From a virus, in the IMG/VR virus record IMGVR_UViG_3300013103_000005, positions 12,117 to 76,116 of that record: DNA of 64,000 bases; one strand, written 5' to 3'. This document shows, one piece after another, positions 49,650 to 58,176 of this stretch. The notes beneath the pieces are model-generated. The model saw only the letters and a program-made list of their open reading frames with translations, did not search any database and was not told the origin of the DNA. Both the position numbers and the translations under genes were made by a program. The stretch's first letter is position 1. Each line of letters opens with the position of its first letter.

Positions 49650-50125
49650 TCTTCTTTATTTCTCCCGAGACCCTCAAGAGGAAGCGGAGGGTGAGAATCC
49701 TCTTAAAAAACACAAAGGGAGAAATAAAGAAGAACGCGAGGGACGGCGGACAGTCCAAGACGCACTCAGGTGGGTGCCGAAATCGGAAAGCCTACGAAGG
49801 CCAAGTAGGCGAGTACGAGAGTAATTGGCTAGGGAAACCACCGAGAAGGTCGGTCGGGGGTTGGCTCTGAGCCCTTGATGGTCTAGATGCGAAAGGCAAG
49901 CTCGCCTTTAAATCCCTTCCTCAAACCATTTCACTTCTCCTTCCTTCTTTAAAACCTAACAAAAGAACCCAAGACACTTGCTGAGTAGGTCCGAATCTGT
50001 CAAGGGTGGCTTGTATAAGCGATCGGAGCACCTGTGTCCGGGACAGGATACCTGACGGATTTAGGCTTTTCTTGAGAGCTAACGCTCTCAAGCTAATAAG
50101 GCTATCTTTAGTCTTATTAGCTAGT
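49650..50125 (+). ncRNA. Candidate structured RNA / leader of unknown family
   Basis: GC-rich island with a 17-bp perfect stem, several hairpins and GNRA loops, downstream of the promoter. Confidence 0.5.
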
Positions 50126-50166
50126 GGGCGTTATACATTATTAATATATGTATAGGAGGGAGGAAA

Positions 50167-50565
50167 ATGGCTAGAATTCAATTCAGAAAATTCGAATATG
50201 ATAGAATTCTTCTCAAACTTTCCGATGACATTCACGGTTTCATCAGAGAAAAAGCGAAAAATATGGAAGTTTGCTGTTACGAGTATAAAGACAGTCGCCT
50301 CCATATCGTTATCGGAACGACTTGGGATGGGTCGTTCCATAATCCAGGGCTTATTATTAAAGCGGAAGCGGAAATACTCAGAAAGGGATTCTGGAAACGT
50401 CTCCGCAAAAAGCTTAAAGAAGCAGAAGAGTTTTTCAGAAAAAGAATGGAGGGGGAAGAGAGCATCAACTGGGACGCTCTTAATAAAATAAAAAGAATGA
50501 GAGGACATGCCGAGGCAATCCGTCGTTGGGAGTTGTCTCGGAAAAATAATAACCTTTTTTCATAA
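50167..50565 (+). CDS. Early hypothetical protein (paralog 1)
   Basis: Strong RBS; GFWKRLRKKLKEAE...RWELSRKN. Confidence 0.75.
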   Translation: MARIQFRKFEYDRILLKLSDDIHGFIREKAKNMEVCCYEYKDSRLHIVIGTTWDGSFHNPGLIIKAEAEILRKGFWKRLRKKLKEAEEFFRKRMEGEESINWDALNKIKRMRGHAEAIRRWELSRKNNNLFS

Positions 50566-50576
50566 GGAGGAAGAAA

Positions 50577-50966
50577 ATGACGAGGCACTTCTATGTTAGT
50601 GAAATATGGAATTTAAAAAATGAAAAGAAGTTCAAAAAATATATATGGCTTGGGGTCTCACCTGAAATGTTCCAAGCCATATTAAGGAAAGGCGAGACAT
50701 TTACTTATGAAGATTCTCGCCTTTCCATTAAAATCGGGTGGAAGTGGTCTGAGTCGTTTCATGCCTCAGACACGACCACCGATATACAGGTCTATACAAA
50801 AAAGCGTTCTGGATTTTTCAAACGCCTTCGCAAGAAGCTCAAAGAAGCGGAGGCGTTTTTTCTTGGAACAGAAGATGATATGTTCTCTGCCTTAGATGAT
50901 ATTAAGAAGCAAAAAAGAGAAATTGAGGCAATTTCCAGATGGGAGTTGTCTCGTAAGAATGCTTAA
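50577..50966 (+). CDS. Early hypothetical protein (paralog 2)
   Basis: GFFKRLRKKLKEAE...RWELSRKN. Confidence 0.75.
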   Translation: MTRHFYVSEIWNLKNEKKFKKYIWLGVSPEMFQAILRKGETFTYEDSRLSIKIGWKWSESFHASDTTTDIQVYTKKRSGFFKRLRKKLKEAEAFFLGTEDDMFSALDDIKKQKREIEAISRWELSRKNA

Positions 50967-50987
50967 CCTTTTTAAGGAGAGAAGAAA

Positions 50988-51176
50988 ATGAAATTCAAGA
51001 AAGGCAACAAAGTCAAAATTAAAGTCGGTCGCCTAATGTCTTCTTACAGGTGGCTAGCTGATAAGGAACTAACCTATATTGGAAAATATAAAAGGGGTGC
51101 TACCACCTATGCGATTTTAAAGACGCAGGGTGGTAGCAGAATAGACGTAAATATTAAGAATGTAGAAAGGAGGTGA
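50988..51176 (+). CDS. Small basic SH3/KOW-like protein
   Basis: MKFKKGNKVKIK; AAGGAG RBS. Confidence 0.55.
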   Translation: MKFKKGNKVKIKVGRLMSSYRWLADKELTYIGKYKRGATTYAILKTQGGSRIDVNIKNVERR

Positions 51177-51180
51177 TATT

Positions 51181-51537
51181 ATGGCAAGATATCTGACCAA
51201 TGCTTTTAGCTTAAATATGATTGGAAATAAGACAGGAATGTTTATTGTACAGAACGCAGACTTGAAGACCCTCCGGGAAATATCCGATTTGCAATCGGTA
51301 ATTGGTCATCAAGCTACTGCTGATTTACTTACAGAACTTCTTGGGCGAAAGATTGAATTCAATCGAGTAGCCCTTGAACTCAAAAGCGGGGATATATTAT
51401 ATGTGGTTACTGTTTTCAAAAATGGTAAGCCTTTCCGTCTCCCAGAAGGAAAGGTGCTTACTAAGGAAGAACTGAAAGGGTTAGAATTAAAGATTAAAGT
51501 TATCCAGTTTGTATCGGATAACCAGAAAGAAATGTAG
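51181..51537 (+). CDS. acrIII-1: DUF1874 / AcrIII-1-like viral ring nuclease
   Basis: YLTNAFSLNM, SVIGHQATA, NRVALELKSGD, RLPEGKVL. Confidence 0.85.
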   Translation: MARYLTNAFSLNMIGNKTGMFIVQNADLKTLREISDLQSVIGHQATADLLTELLGRKIEFNRVALELKSGDILYVVTVFKNGKPFRLPEGKVLTKEELKGLELKIKVIQFVSDNQKEM

Positions 51538-51552
51538 GGAGGAGGTGAGATT

Positions 51553-51753
51553 ATGAGAGGTTTCAAAAAATTATTGAAAGTTTTAGAAGAAAATCCAAAT
51601 ATGATAGTTAGCAACATAGGAAGTGGTAAATATAGAATAGAAGAAATTACCGCAGGAGAATTGAGAGTACACCTTTATTACCTATTATACGATATTTGTT
51701 GTGAGCTTGGTCTGGAGAAGGAAAGAGAAGATATTAAAGAACTTTTTAAATGA
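51553..51753 (+). CDS. Hypothetical protein
   Basis: GGAGGTG RBS. Confidence 0.6.
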   Translation: MRGFKKLLKVLEENPNMIVSNIGSGKYRIEEITAGELRVHLYYLLYDICCELGLEKEREDIKELFK

Positions 51754-51766
51754 AAGGAGGTGGATT

Positions 51767-52600
51767 ATGGAACTTATTAGGATTGAAGAAATTGAAAGAT
51801 TGGTAAACGAGACAGGTAAGAAAGGTCTTAAAGACCTGCTTGCCAGGATGAAAGAGTTAGAACAAGGTAAGGTAGAAAAGGAAACTGTGGATAGATTACT
51901 AGCTAAGAAAGAATGTCCTGAATGTGGTAGAGAAGTTGAAAAGGGTGGAGAGTTATGTTATGTATGTCAAAAAAGAAAGGAGGAAGAAGAAAGGCAAAAG
52001 AAAATAAGTAATAATATTACTACCTTGTTTAATTATCTAAAAGAAAAATCCGAGTTTTATACTAAAGACGAGAGTACAATTTATTATTTTGAAAGATATA
52101 AGGAGACTAAAATTCAATACAGTATAAGGAGGGAAGGTTTATATTATAGAAAGTCCTTCCGTCCTTACGCTTATGCAATAGAAATTTACGACGATAATAA
52201 TTATAGAATTGCTTCCAGGATTAAGAAGGATATTTTACAATTAAGTAAAGAAGAGATTAAAAAGTTAGCTGAAATTATCCATAATAAGATAGAAAAAAAG
52301 GCTCAAGAGGAGAGAAAGAAAATAGACCAAAGGGTTAAGGAATTGAAGAAAGAAGAGGAAATCAAAGCGAAAGTCAAAGAAAAATTTGGGGTAGAAGCTT
52401 CCCCATATTATTACCGAGTTGGAAATAGATTTGAAAAAGGAAGTTCTTTTTATTTTGAATACGAAGGGCATAAGATATATACTTATGATGGAAAAACATT
52501 TCAGATAGATGGCTTACAATTAGATGCAAAGAAAACAAGAGAATACATACAAAAAATAAATGAAGTTAAGAGTGAATTCGCCAAATACAATATAGAATAA
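51767..52600 (+). CDS. Hypothetical protein with zinc finger
   Basis: AAGGAGGTG RBS before ATG 51767; CPECG...CYVC. Confidence 0.65.
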   Translation: MELIRIEEIERLVNETGKKGLKDLLARMKELEQGKVEKETVDRLLAKKECPECGREVEKGGELCYVCQKRKEEEERQKKISNNITTLFNYLKEKSEFYTKDESTIYYFERYKETKIQYSIRREGLYYRKSFRPYAYAIEIYDDNNYRIASRIKKDILQLSKEEIKKLAEIIHNKIEKKAQEERKKIDQRVKELKKEEEIKAKVKEKFGVEASPYYYRVGNRFEKGSSFYFEYEGHKIYTYDGKTFQIDGLQLDAKKTREYIQKINEVKSEFAKYNIE

Positions 52601-52623
52601 TTTTATTTTAAGGGAGGTGTAAA

Positions 52624-53604
52624 ATGGAAAGAAAGAAAATGAATATAGGGATTGAAATTCCTTTCAGCAGATACACAACAAAAACAGACGTCAGAGAAGC
52701 CCTGTCAAGGAACAAAAACAAAATAAAAGTGAGGGTAAAGGATTACCCTAAGGTTTTTGAGTATCTAGAAAAAAGATATTGGAAGAAATGCTTCAGAGAA
52801 GAAGCAGAGAAGTATAGAACAAAAGCTGTCCGAGTCTGTGAAAAAGCTAGACAAAAATGGCTTGATAAAAAAGGCGAGTTTTTATGGAGTCATTACGGAG
52901 AACAACTTACTAGAAAACAAAAAGTCTATTACAAAGGATGGGGAGGCAGAGGATATACAGAGGACAATGGAAAATGGGGGTGGAAAAGGAGGGTTTGGCA
53001 TTATGCAAGGATTAGGGAAGAGTGGGAGGATGGACAAAGGAAATTAATATTCTCTATAGGAGACGAAGAACCTGAACACATCTTTACAATTCCACAAGGA
53101 TTCTATTATGACCCACAAAAACAAGACTATATCAAAAGAATAGCACCAAATGCTTATTATATTCTGGTTTTCCAAAGAAAAAGAGCTAAATTTCAATTGG
53201 TGGTTGAATACAAAAATGAAGAGTATCACTTTGGTTATACCCTAGAAATGTATTCAGACAGAACCCTTAGAAAGAAAATACAAGAAGGTATTGCTTATAT
53301 AAAAGAAAGGAGAAGCAGGAGAGCTCAAGAAATTCTTAAAAACAGACTTGCTCGTCGTATTCAAAAATGGCTTGCCTCTCCTGAAAAACTTAAGCAGGTT
53401 TGGGTCACTGTTCAAGATAGCCTGAATGCCGGTAATTGCAAAGCACAGACAATGAGTGTTTATGAAACCCTTCAGGCAAGATTAGGAACTTCAAAAGAAA
53501 TTGGAGCAGTCAGGGCAGATTATCTTCTGACTATTAGAGATGACTTCTATGCAAAAAGAGCAATAGAAAGGGCAATTTTAAGAAAATTACAGGTGGTCTC
53601 TTGA
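52624..53604 (+). CDS. Hypothetical protein
   Basis: Long basic ORF with RBS; VTVQDSLNAGNC motif. Confidence 0.65.
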   Translation: MERKKMNIGIEIPFSRYTTKTDVREALSRNKNKIKVRVKDYPKVFEYLEKRYWKKCFREEAEKYRTKAVRVCEKARQKWLDKKGEFLWSHYGEQLTRKQKVYYKGWGGRGYTEDNGKWGWKRRVWHYARIREEWEDGQRKLIFSIGDEEPEHIFTIPQGFYYDPQKQDYIKRIAPNAYYILVFQRKRAKFQLVVEYKNEEYHFGYTLEMYSDRTLRKKIQEGIAYIKERRSRRAQEILKNRLARRIQKWLASPEKLKQVWVTVQDSLNAGNCKAQTMSVYETLQARLGTSKEIGAVRADYLLTIRDDFYAKRAIERAILRKLQVVS

Positions 53605-53652
53605 CTATCTTTTTGTTTTTAGAAAAACCTTTTTAGAAAAGGAGGGTTTAAA

Positions 53653-53850
53653 ATGAAAAAATGGATATTTAAAGTCAATCCTAATTGTTCAGAAGTAAAA
53701 AGATTCAGAGAGAAACTTTACGATGACCCTTACTCTGCATATTGTCCTGGTGATATATTAGCAGAAATTAGGAGGGACTGGGAGAGGAGACATTTATCTA
53801 AATGTAAAGAGTGTAGAGATTATGCTTGTGCTAATACAGGTATTGAATAG
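53653..53850 (+). CDS. Small Cys-containing hypothetical protein
   Basis: RBS; HLSKCKEC. Confidence 0.6.
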   Translation: MKKWIFKVNPNCSEVKRFREKLYDDPYSAYCPGDILAEIRRDWERRHLSKCKECRDYACANTGIE

Positions 53851-53864
53851 AAAGGAGGACAGAA

Positions 53865-54062
53865 ATGGAAAAACAAAATTTAAAGATTATGAAATGCCTA
53901 TGGTGTGGTAAAAATTTCGAGGGGGATATTTTTATGTATCCCTTCTGTGATGATTGTATAGGTAAAATAGCAGAAGTTGAGGAGATAGTAAGAAAAATCT
54001 GTGGGAGGTATATAAACCTATGTAAAGAACTGGAATTGAAATGGAAGCAGAAGAAATTTTAA
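53865..54062 (+). CDS. Small zinc-finger protein
   Basis: CLWCG...FCDDC. Confidence 0.6.
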   Translation: MEKQNLKIMKCLWCGKNFEGDIFMYPFCDDCIGKIAEVEEIVRKICGRYINLCKELELKWKQKKF

Positions 54063-54086
54063 AGAAATTTTATAAGGAGGTGCAAA

Positions 54087-54194
54087 ATGAAATTTGAAGA
54101 CATTGCTATAGGTTTATTGTTGGGTATCCTGTTCGGCTTGCTATTTGGCTGGGCAGGGGTTATAACAAATGGATTTTCAAATTGTCCGTTTTGA
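54087..54194 (+). CDS. 35-aa membrane peptide (absent from ORF track)
   Basis: AAGGAGGTG RBS; MKFEDIAIGLLLGILFGLLFGWAGVITNGFSNCPF. Confidence 0.55.
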   Translation: MKFEDIAIGLLLGILFGLLFGWAGVITNGFSNCPF

Positions 54195-54208
54195 GAAAGG
54201 AGAAGAAA

Positions 54209-54661
54209 ATGAGGTACGAGATTAAACTAAAAACAATAAAGATAAAAATTAAGGAAGAGAATCTTGTGTCCTCTGAATCCTTAATCACTCCCGAGCATGC
54301 AGTAAAGTTGCTTAAAGGAATTTACAGGGATTTAGATGCAGACCAGGAGCATTTTGGTATTCTCTTCCTTAACTCTCAAAATCAGATTATTGGCTTCAAG
54401 ATTTTATTCTCTGGTGGACAAAATTTTTCTCAGATGGATATGAAAATTTTGTTCAGGAACATTCTTTTATTCGGAGCTACAGCGGTAATCATATTCCACA
54501 ATCATCCTAGCGGGAACCCGAAGCCTTCTGAAGAAGACAAACTCATAACAGAAAGAATTAAAAAAGGCTGCGATTTGTTAGAAATTATATTATTAGACCA
54601 CATAATTATTACAATGGATAGTGAAAATTTTTACAGTTTTAAAGAAAATAGACTTTTTTAA
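54209..54661 (+). CDS. radC: JAB-domain (RadC-like) protein
   Basis: QEHF...LNSQN...HNHPSGNPKPSEED...LLDHII. Confidence 0.9.
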   Translation: MRYEIKLKTIKIKIKEENLVSSESLITPEHAVKLLKGIYRDLDADQEHFGILFLNSQNQIIGFKILFSGGQNFSQMDMKILFRNILLFGATAVIIFHNHPSGNPKPSEEDKLITERIKKGCDLLEIILLDHIIITMDSENFYSFKENRLF

Positions 54662-54677
54662 TGAAAGGAGTGTAATT

Positions 54678-55049
54678 ATGAGAAAAGAATTTAATTACAA
54701 AATAGTAAATGGAAAGAATATTCCTGAAGAGCATAACAGGAGAATCCATAACTTTCTATATGCTCTTAATAATTTGTTACCACTGGAGAAAAGACTATCT
54801 GACACAGAAATAGAACAGATAGCCATTTTTTTAAGAGAGAGAACAAAACTTAAGGAAGGAGGTGGTGTTATGAAATGCAAAACTAAAGGTTGTAATAATG
54901 AAGCAATGGGGAATGGGATTGTTATTTGTGAAGAGTGTAGTAAGCGGTTAAAAGAAGAAATGGAAAGAGAAGAAGAAGAGATGCAGAGGATGTATTTGAG
55001 AATGGTTGATATGCAAGCTGACGCAGGTTATTTAGGTCATACGTTTTGA
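54678..55049 (+). CDS. Hypothetical protein with internal in-frame start at 54870
   Basis: RBSs before ATG 54678 and ATG 54870; C-terminal CKTKGC...CEEC. Confidence 0.55.
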   Translation: MRKEFNYKIVNGKNIPEEHNRRIHNFLYALNNLLPLEKRLSDTEIEQIAIFLRERTKLKEGGGVMKCKTKGCNNEAMGNGIVICEECSKRLKEEMEREEEEMQRMYLRMVDMQADAGYLGHTF

Positions 55050-55071
55050 AAAGTTTAACGCGTTAAACTTT
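55050..55071. repeat. Palindrome copy 20
   Basis: AAAGTTTAACGCGTTAAACTTT. Confidence 0.98.
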
Positions 55072-55091
55072 ATTTCAGGAAGGAGGTAATA

Positions 55092-55268
55092 ATGTCTATA
55101 AAATGTTTAGTAGATAAAGACCTCTTAAAAAAGGTAGAGGAAGCTAGAAAAGAAATTTATAAAGCAGTAGAAGAATATAATTGTAAACCTTTAATGTTGG
55201 TTTTACCTTTTATCACAGGTCCTATTTGGGAAGTTGCTAATCGTAAATGGAAAGAAATAGAAGATTGA
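55092..55268 (+). CDS. 58-aa hypothetical protein (absent from ORF track)
   Basis: AAGGAGGT RBS; MSIKCLVDKDLL...KEIED*. Confidence 0.6.
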   Translation: MSIKCLVDKDLLKKVEEARKEIYKAVEEYNCKPLMLVLPFITGPIWEVANRKWKEIED

Positions 55269-55287
55269 TTAAGGAAAGGAGGTAGTT

Positions 55288-55620
55288 ATGGTTAAGAAAA
55301 AAGAATCTAAAAAGATAAAAGTTACAGCAAAGATTAAAGGTAAAATTGTAATTACCCAAGACATATTAGAAAAGTATTTAAAACTTAAAAAGTATGTAGA
55401 GAAACTAAAACTACTTAATGAGTCGATAAAAGAGGAGCTTAATAAAGGAACCCCCGTAGAAGAAGGGCCCATTAAAGCTTGGATAGATGAGGTTGAAAAG
55501 AGAAAGGTAAATTGGAAGGGATTGCTGGAAGAAAAGATAGGGAAGGATAAGGTTAAAGAAATTTGGGATAATGCACCAAAAACTAAAGAATACCATTTAC
55601 AAGTTAAAGAAATTAGATAG
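55288..55620 (+). CDS. Hypothetical protein
   Basis: Strong RBS. Confidence 0.65.
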   Translation: MVKKKESKKIKVTAKIKGKIVITQDILEKYLKLKKYVEKLKLLNESIKEELNKGTPVEEGPIKAWIDEVEKRKVNWKGLLEEKIGKDKVKEIWDNAPKTKEYHLQVKEIR

Positions 55621-55625
55621 AGGAG

Positions 55626-55928
55626 GTGATTATGAATTGTCCTTATTGTGAATCAAATAAATTAGAAAGTACTGGGAAATACATTAATGGTAAATTATTT
55701 ATTAGATGTTTGTCTTGTGATAGAGTTTTTGTTCCTGATAAGAAAGATTATTCGAAAGGAGGTGAGTTAGTCTATTTAAAATTATCAGAAAGGGTGGGTT
55801 GTTTAGAAGCAACACTAAATCATATTTTAAAGAAGTTAAGTAAGAAGCTTGTATTAACAGAATACGAAAAGGGACAAATGGATACTATAAGGATTGTATT
55901 AGAATTGTTGGGAAGGGTGCATAAATGA
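55626..55928 (+). CDS. Zinc-ribbon protein
   Basis: CPYCES...RCLSCD. Confidence 0.65.
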   Translation: MIMNCPYCESNKLESTGKYINGKLFIRCLSCDRVFVPDKKDYSKGGELVYLKLSERVGCLEATLNHILKKLSKKLVLTEYEKGQMDTIRIVLELLGRVHK

Positions 55929-56034
55929 AAGCTATAAGAAGGGTTTATCGCACAGAGTTTAGGTTTACATCCAATATGAAATTTAAGAAGACTAAAAGGA
56001 AAGGGAAGGATTTTGGTAAGATATTGGATAGAAA

Positions 56035-56050
56035 GTTTAATGTGTTAAAC
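56035..56050. repeat. Palindrome copy 21 (centre TGTG)
   Basis: GTTTAATGTGTTAAAC. Confidence 0.8.
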
Positions 56051-56075
56051 CTTAATTTAAGGAAAGGAGGTAATT

Positions 56076-56426
56076 ATGATAGTAAAGAAAGAATTTGATT
56101 ATAAAGTAGTTTACATTTCAAATGATTTAGATGAGTTAGTAAACTTAATCGAAGAGAAGATAGGAGAACCTATACATCTCCAATCAAATTATTCTGGTTA
56201 TGCTATTGGAACAGAAGACGAGGAAGGAAATGTGTGGTATGGTGGATGCGACCCGTCTAATTTTATAAACGAAACGTGTCCGCCTGATTGTCCAAAATGG
56301 GATAATGGATTTTGTGATAATCCTTGCGAGAGACAAGGCAAGGGTTGGTATCAATGGGCTTGTTATAAAGAAGATTATGAAACGCCTTTACCTCAAGCTA
56401 TTTCTGCTATTCATAGGGAAGTTTAA
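56076..56426 (+). CDS. Cys-rich hypothetical protein
   Basis: Strong RBS; six Cys in ~40 aa. Confidence 0.65.
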   Translation: MIVKKEFDYKVVYISNDLDELVNLIEEKIGEPIHLQSNYSGYAIGTEDEEGNVWYGGCDPSNFINETCPPDCPKWDNGFCDNPCERQGKGWYQWACYKEDYETPLPQAISAIHREV

Positions 56427-56438
56427 CGCGTTAAACTT
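56419..56438. repeat. Palindrome copy 22
   Basis: AAGTTTAACGCGTTAAACTT. Confidence 0.98.
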
Positions 56439-56647
56439 TGAAAGGAGGTGATAATATGAAGATTTTTGGAAGGAACGAACAATTTGTAAATATTAGGAAA
56501 ATTGCAGAAAATGTTCACGAAGTAGTGTTCTTTACCGATGGCTATAGTTGTTTATTTAATGTTAAAGATTTGGATGAGGAAAAGATAAGGAATATGAATT
56601 CTTTTCCTGAGATAATTTATTATTTATTCTCTTTAAAGAAGGCTTAA
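56438..56647 (+). CDS. Hypothetical protein (probable start 56456)
   Basis: AAGGAGGTG RBS. Confidence 0.55.
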   Translation: MKGGDNMKIFGRNEQFVNIRKIAENVHEVVFFTDGYSCLFNVKDLDEEKIRNMNSFPEIIYYLFSLKKA

Positions 56648-56666
56648 TTAATGAAAGGAGGTAGTT

Positions 56667-57230
56667 ATGAAGAGGTATAACATAAATCCAATCAGGGAAA
56701 ATTTTTCTTGGGGAGAAATGGATGTTATTAGATTAGGACAGCGTGGAAGAGGAAGAAGTTTAGCCTTAGTCCCATATCACGCACCCAAAGATTGTGAATT
56801 CTTAGACATATCTTTAACTAAGTCAGGAAAATATAAGATAGTTAAAGGAGAAAAGGATGATAAATGGTTAGCTGTAGTTTCTGGAGCTGGGACTTATACT
56901 AGAGATACTTACGGAACGGTATATTGTCTTCCAAAGGATAAAGAAAATATAAAAATTGTTGCAGTAGGTTCTGGAGCTTATGGGGATGCTGGGAGGATAG
57001 GAAGTTGGTATGATTTTCTAGCTATCGTTCCTAATAATACATTTCTTAAAGTAAGGCCAGCCGGCGGAAAATTTAAAATGCCTAGATACTGGTTATATTT
57101 TAGCGAAGACAAAGTATTTGAGATAAGAAAGGAAGAGATTGGAATTTTTTGCGACCGGATGGATTTAGAAGTTCCTCCAGAGGACTTTAGGGAATTAGTG
57201 GATTTAAGTGAAATCGAAATTGGGATTTAA
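56667..57230 (+). CDS. Hypothetical protein
   Basis: Strong RBS; LGQRGRGR and GAYGDAGRIG motifs. Confidence 0.65.
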   Translation: MKRYNINPIRENFSWGEMDVIRLGQRGRGRSLALVPYHAPKDCEFLDISLTKSGKYKIVKGEKDDKWLAVVSGAGTYTRDTYGTVYCLPKDKENIKIVAVGSGAYGDAGRIGSWYDFLAIVPNNTFLKVRPAGGKFKMPRYWLYFSEDKVFEIRKEEIGIFCDRMDLEVPPEDFRELVDLSEIEIGI

Positions 57231-57300
57231 TGAAGGGAGGTAGTTATGTGTCATATAAAAGGATTTATTAACTAGAGAAAATTTAATTAGGAGGTTGAAA

Positions 57301-57432
57301 ATGAAAAGGAAAAGGTGTAAATATTGTGGAAAATTTTTAAATAGGTATAGTGTTAAATTTAATGTATGTTTGTCTTGTTATTTAAAGACCCTAAATAATA
57401 TCATCGAGTATCAGTTAAAATTGAAAGTTTAA
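57301..57432 (+). CDS. 43-aa zinc-finger peptide (absent from ORF track)
   Basis: AGGAGG RBS; CKYCG...CLSC; stop lies inside a palindrome copy. Confidence 0.55.
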   Translation: MKRKRCKYCGKFLNRYSVKFNVCLSCYLKTLNNIIEYQLKLKV

Positions 57433-57445
57433 CGCGTTAAACTTT
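57424..57445. repeat. Palindrome copy 23
   Basis: AAAGTTTAACGCGTTAAACTTT. Confidence 0.98.
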
Positions 57446-57463
57446 ATTTAGAAGGAGGTAGTT

Positions 57464-58105
57464 ATGTGCCATACTATAATTAGACGTTCTAAAACTTATG
57501 GATATATTTATTATCCTAATCCTCACTTTAGATTGTATATTGGTTTAAAAAAGATGGAAATAGGTTCTGATGGAAATTTATATCCTATTTTTAGAAGGAT
57601 AAAGTACCCATTTATTCTTTCATATAATTCTTTAATCCGAGCGTTCGGGTTGACTACAGAAGAACCGATTTGTAAGCAAGAGATACAATTAGCACTTAAC
57701 GTTATTCGACCCTCTCTAACTTCTAAGTTTGAGTTGCAGTTTTTTAATTTGCTAAGAGAAATAAAGGCTGGAATCCATATATCCCCGATATTAGCTTTCT
57801 TTGAGGATTTTTCATCCTTACACATACCTTATGAAGATGAAGATGAAAGTTTACGGGAACAAGAATTTACTTATATTGTATTTTTCAAAGAAAGTGATAT
57901 TATTTTTTATGACGGTGAAACTGTTTCGGTGACAGAATTTTATCTTCCAGATAAGAACGAATTAAATAAAGTTAGAAATTTCTTAGATAAAACTTACAAT
58001 TCTTTGATAAAAAGTAGTCCTACTTTTGAAGATTTTTTAGTAAATAATGAAAGTTTATTATTAAAAGAAAAATTTAATATTAATAATTTTAAAGAAGAAG
58101 AATGA
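57464..58105 (+). CDS. Hypothetical protein
   Basis: Strong RBS. Confidence 0.6.
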   Translation: MCHTIIRRSKTYGYIYYPNPHFRLYIGLKKMEIGSDGNLYPIFRRIKYPFILSYNSLIRAFGLTTEEPICKQEIQLALNVIRPSLTSKFELQFFNLLREIKAGIHISPILAFFEDFSSLHIPYEDEDESLREQEFTYIVFFKESDIIFYDGETVSVTEFYLPDKNELNKVRNFLDKTYNSLIKSSPTFEDFLVNNESLLLKEKFNINNFKEEE

Positions 58106-58176
58106 AGATAGAATTAGTTTCGAAATAAATATGGATAATAATTTAGAAAATTAAATGATTAGAAGGAGGTGATATT

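Noticed and set aside
49828-49860. c-di-GMP-I riboswitch resemblance (GGGAAACCACCGAGAAGGT)
   Set aside because: Lacks the downstream GACGCAAAGC element and second stem
49637-49870. 77-aa ORF in the ORF track
   Set aside because: TTG start without an RBS, atypical composition, overlaps the structured element
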